DNA of 41,565 nt from an uncultured archaeon. GTDB lineage: Archaea; Aenigmatarchaeota; Aenigmatarchaeia; Aenigmatarchaeales; Aenigmatarchaeaceae. Under the pieces are notes generated by a model. It made no database searches. It was not told the origin of the DNA and was given only the letters and a program-made list of their open reading frames with translations. Location: assembly GCA_964651405.1 (NCBI GenBank), contig CAZYZB010000002.1, forward strand, positions 1 to 41,565, written 5' to 3'. Both the position numbers and the translations under genes were made by a program. Positions 40,942 through 41,565 of the stretch are shown here, in pieces (the stretch's first letter is position 1; each line of letters starts with the position of its first letter).

Positions 40942-41565
40942 CTAAAACACTTTAACAGAACCAAAAATCTTACGGTAACTTGTTCCCTCTCTTGTTTTAG
41001 ATTCAGCAGCAAGGACAGAGTCACTTACATAGCAATCTTCAGAGATTATAGAATTTTCAAAAATTACACTTCCAGAAACCTTAGCATCTTTACAGACTGT
41101 TACATTCTCCATCAAGTGTGTTTTTGGGCCAATAACAGCATCTTTTCCAATTTTACATCCTCTTTCCACTATAACTGGAGGGATGAAATGTGCATTAGCG
41201 TGCCTTTTAACGCTTTCATCGATCCTTGTTTGTCCGCCTAATTCTTGATCGAAAGCTATATGATTCACCTTTAGATATTCTTCAGGTTTACCAAAATCTA
41301 CAAAATTAAAATCATGCATGTAACAACCAACATTTTTACCTTTATTAACTAACCATGCATGAAAATCTCCTATCCTATCAGGTTTTTTACCAGCTTCTAA
41401 TTCTTCTTCTACATATGTCCCTAAATATTCAACTATTTTTGGAGTATAATATAAAACACCAGTTGCAGCTATGTTACTTTTTGGTTCTTTTGGTTTTTCT
41501 TCTAGTTTCTCAATAAGATGTGATCCCTTTCTCAAAGAAATGACCCCCAGAGACGTGAGTTCTTT
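40942..41565 (-). CDS. Sugar-phosphate nucleotidyltransferase, C-terminal part with left-handed beta-helix (5' end outside window)
   Basis: The frame stays open to the window edge. EKPKEP...ATGVLYY (nucleotidyltransferase core end), then hexapeptide repeats IGKDAVIGPKTHLMENVTVCKDAKVSGSVIFENSII. Confidence 0.7.
   Translation of the reverse strand, partial: KELTSLGVISLRKGSHLIEKLEEKPKEPKSNIAATGVLYYTPKIVEYLGTYVEEELEAGKKPDRIGDFHAWLVNKGKNVGCYMHDFNFVDFGKPEEYLKVNHIAFDQELGGQTRIDESVKRHANAHFIPPVIVERGCKIGKDAVIGPKTHLMENVTVCKDAKVSGSVIFENSIISEDCYVSDSVLAAESKTREGTSYRKIFGSVKVF

Overview
AT-rich archaeal chromosome segment. Gene content and leaderless-style promoters suggest a small-genome, DPANN-like archaeon, but that is inference only.

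0.4-25 kb is core genome:
- a Toprim protein plus DnaG, and TldD/PmbA
- an anaerobic RNR operon: NrdD carrying a full NrdR-like N-terminus, a CPKC redoxin, and NrdG split by a 525-aa LAGLIDADG intein
- ThpR, and an iteron-dense putative origin next to an AAA+/wHTH initiator-like gene
- RadA-RPA and a histone
- a C1/thymidylate cluster: MtrA-like, MtrH-like, DUF4346-like, ThyA, SHMT, MTHFR-like

25-41 kb is accessory:
- a two-wHTH module bounded by hairpins and iterons
- a defence-type island: a PIN-like pair, an SRA-HNH type IV nuclease, and an MBL/beta-CASP - MazG - DUF2075 nuclease-helicase operon
- the most unusual part: 11 same-orientation copies of a ~30-bp site that cut 33.6-40.9 kb into single-gene cassettes. 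The copies double as leaderless promoters for minus-strand cargo. They are accompanied by relic 5' ends of the MBL gene and a relic HAD gene.

No rRNA, tRNA, CRISPR array, transposase or integrase was recognised. All protein calls come from motif recognition by eye, not from database searches.
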